Positions 63,482-64,000 of a stretch of DNA of 64,000 nucleotides are shown here, piece by piece. The notes beneath the pieces were generated by a model. The model searched no databases and was not told where the DNA came from. It saw nothing but the letters and a program-made list of their open reading frames with translations. Source of the stretch: Octopus bimaculoides (lineage: Eukaryota); assembly GCF_001194135.2 (NCBI RefSeq), contig NC_068990.1, positions 32,346,588 to 32,410,587 of the forward strand, written 5' to 3'. A program made the position numbers and the translations under genes. Every line of letters begins with the position of its first letter. Position 1 is the stretch's first letter.

Positions 63482-64000
63482 AATCATCATCATCATCGTT
63501 TAACATCTGCTTTCCATGCTAGCACAGGTTGGACGACTTGACTGAGGACTGGCAAGCCAGAAGGCTGCACCAGGCTCCCATCTGATCTGGCAGAGTTTCT
63601 ACAGCTGGATGCCCTTCCTAACACCAACCACTCCGAGAGTGTAGTGGGTGCTTTTATGTGCCACCGGTACGAGGGCCAGTCACACGGTACTGGCAATGAC
63701 CTCGCTCAAAAAGGTGTTTTTTTACGTGCCACCTGCACAGGAGCCAGTCCAGCAGCACTGGCAACAACCTCGCTCGAATGATTTTCTAATGTGCCACCAG
63801 CACAAGTGCTAGAAGGCGACGCTGGTAACGATTATTCTCAATAGTGCTATTTACGGGCCACTAGCACGGAAGCCAGACAGCTGCTCTGGCAATGAACACG
63901 CTCAGACAGTGCTGTTAGTGCTCCACTGGCGCAGGTGCCAGTCATCAAGTATGGTTCAATTGCAATTTCGATTTCACTTGCCCCAACAGGTCTTTGCAAG
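63482..64000 (-). mobile_element. RTE 3' UTR with ~60-bp tandem repeats, runs off window
   Basis: Closely matches the reverse complement of 15160-15648. Confidence 0.85.

Overview
Eukaryotic, AT-rich, repeat-dense animal genomic DNA with six N-gaps. The SINE/LINE repertoire resembles, from memory, that of octopus (coleoid cephalopod); the species cannot be fixed from sequence alone. The only supported host gene is the 3' part of RIC1 (RAB6A-GEF complex partner / Rich / KIAA1432 homolog) on the + strand. Six GT-AG exons (8165-8329, 21649-21770, 23851-24054, 25887-26064, 31548-31736, 34187-34430) splice with consistent phases (2,2,1,1,2,2) into about 366 C-terminal codons ending ...KTNDCLLS*. 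Upstream exons were not found and probably lie outside the window. The rest is tRNA-derived SINEs of at least four families, RTE, R4/Dong-like and Penelope-like retroelement fragments, TTAA-flanked MITEs, a ~1 kb near-perfect palindrome and many micro/minisatellites. No prokaryotic system, CRISPR array or intact transposon ORF is present, and I found no clear novel multi-gene system. The best leads are a canonical CaaX motif at the RIC1 C-terminus, a head-to-head pair of tRNA-like Pol III units in a RIC1 intron, a ~1 kb fold-back element with adjacent rearrangements, a 98-nt locally templated insertion, and an in-frame repeat expansion inside a Penelope GIY-YIG motif. Repeat boundaries are approximate unless a TSD or TIR is given.
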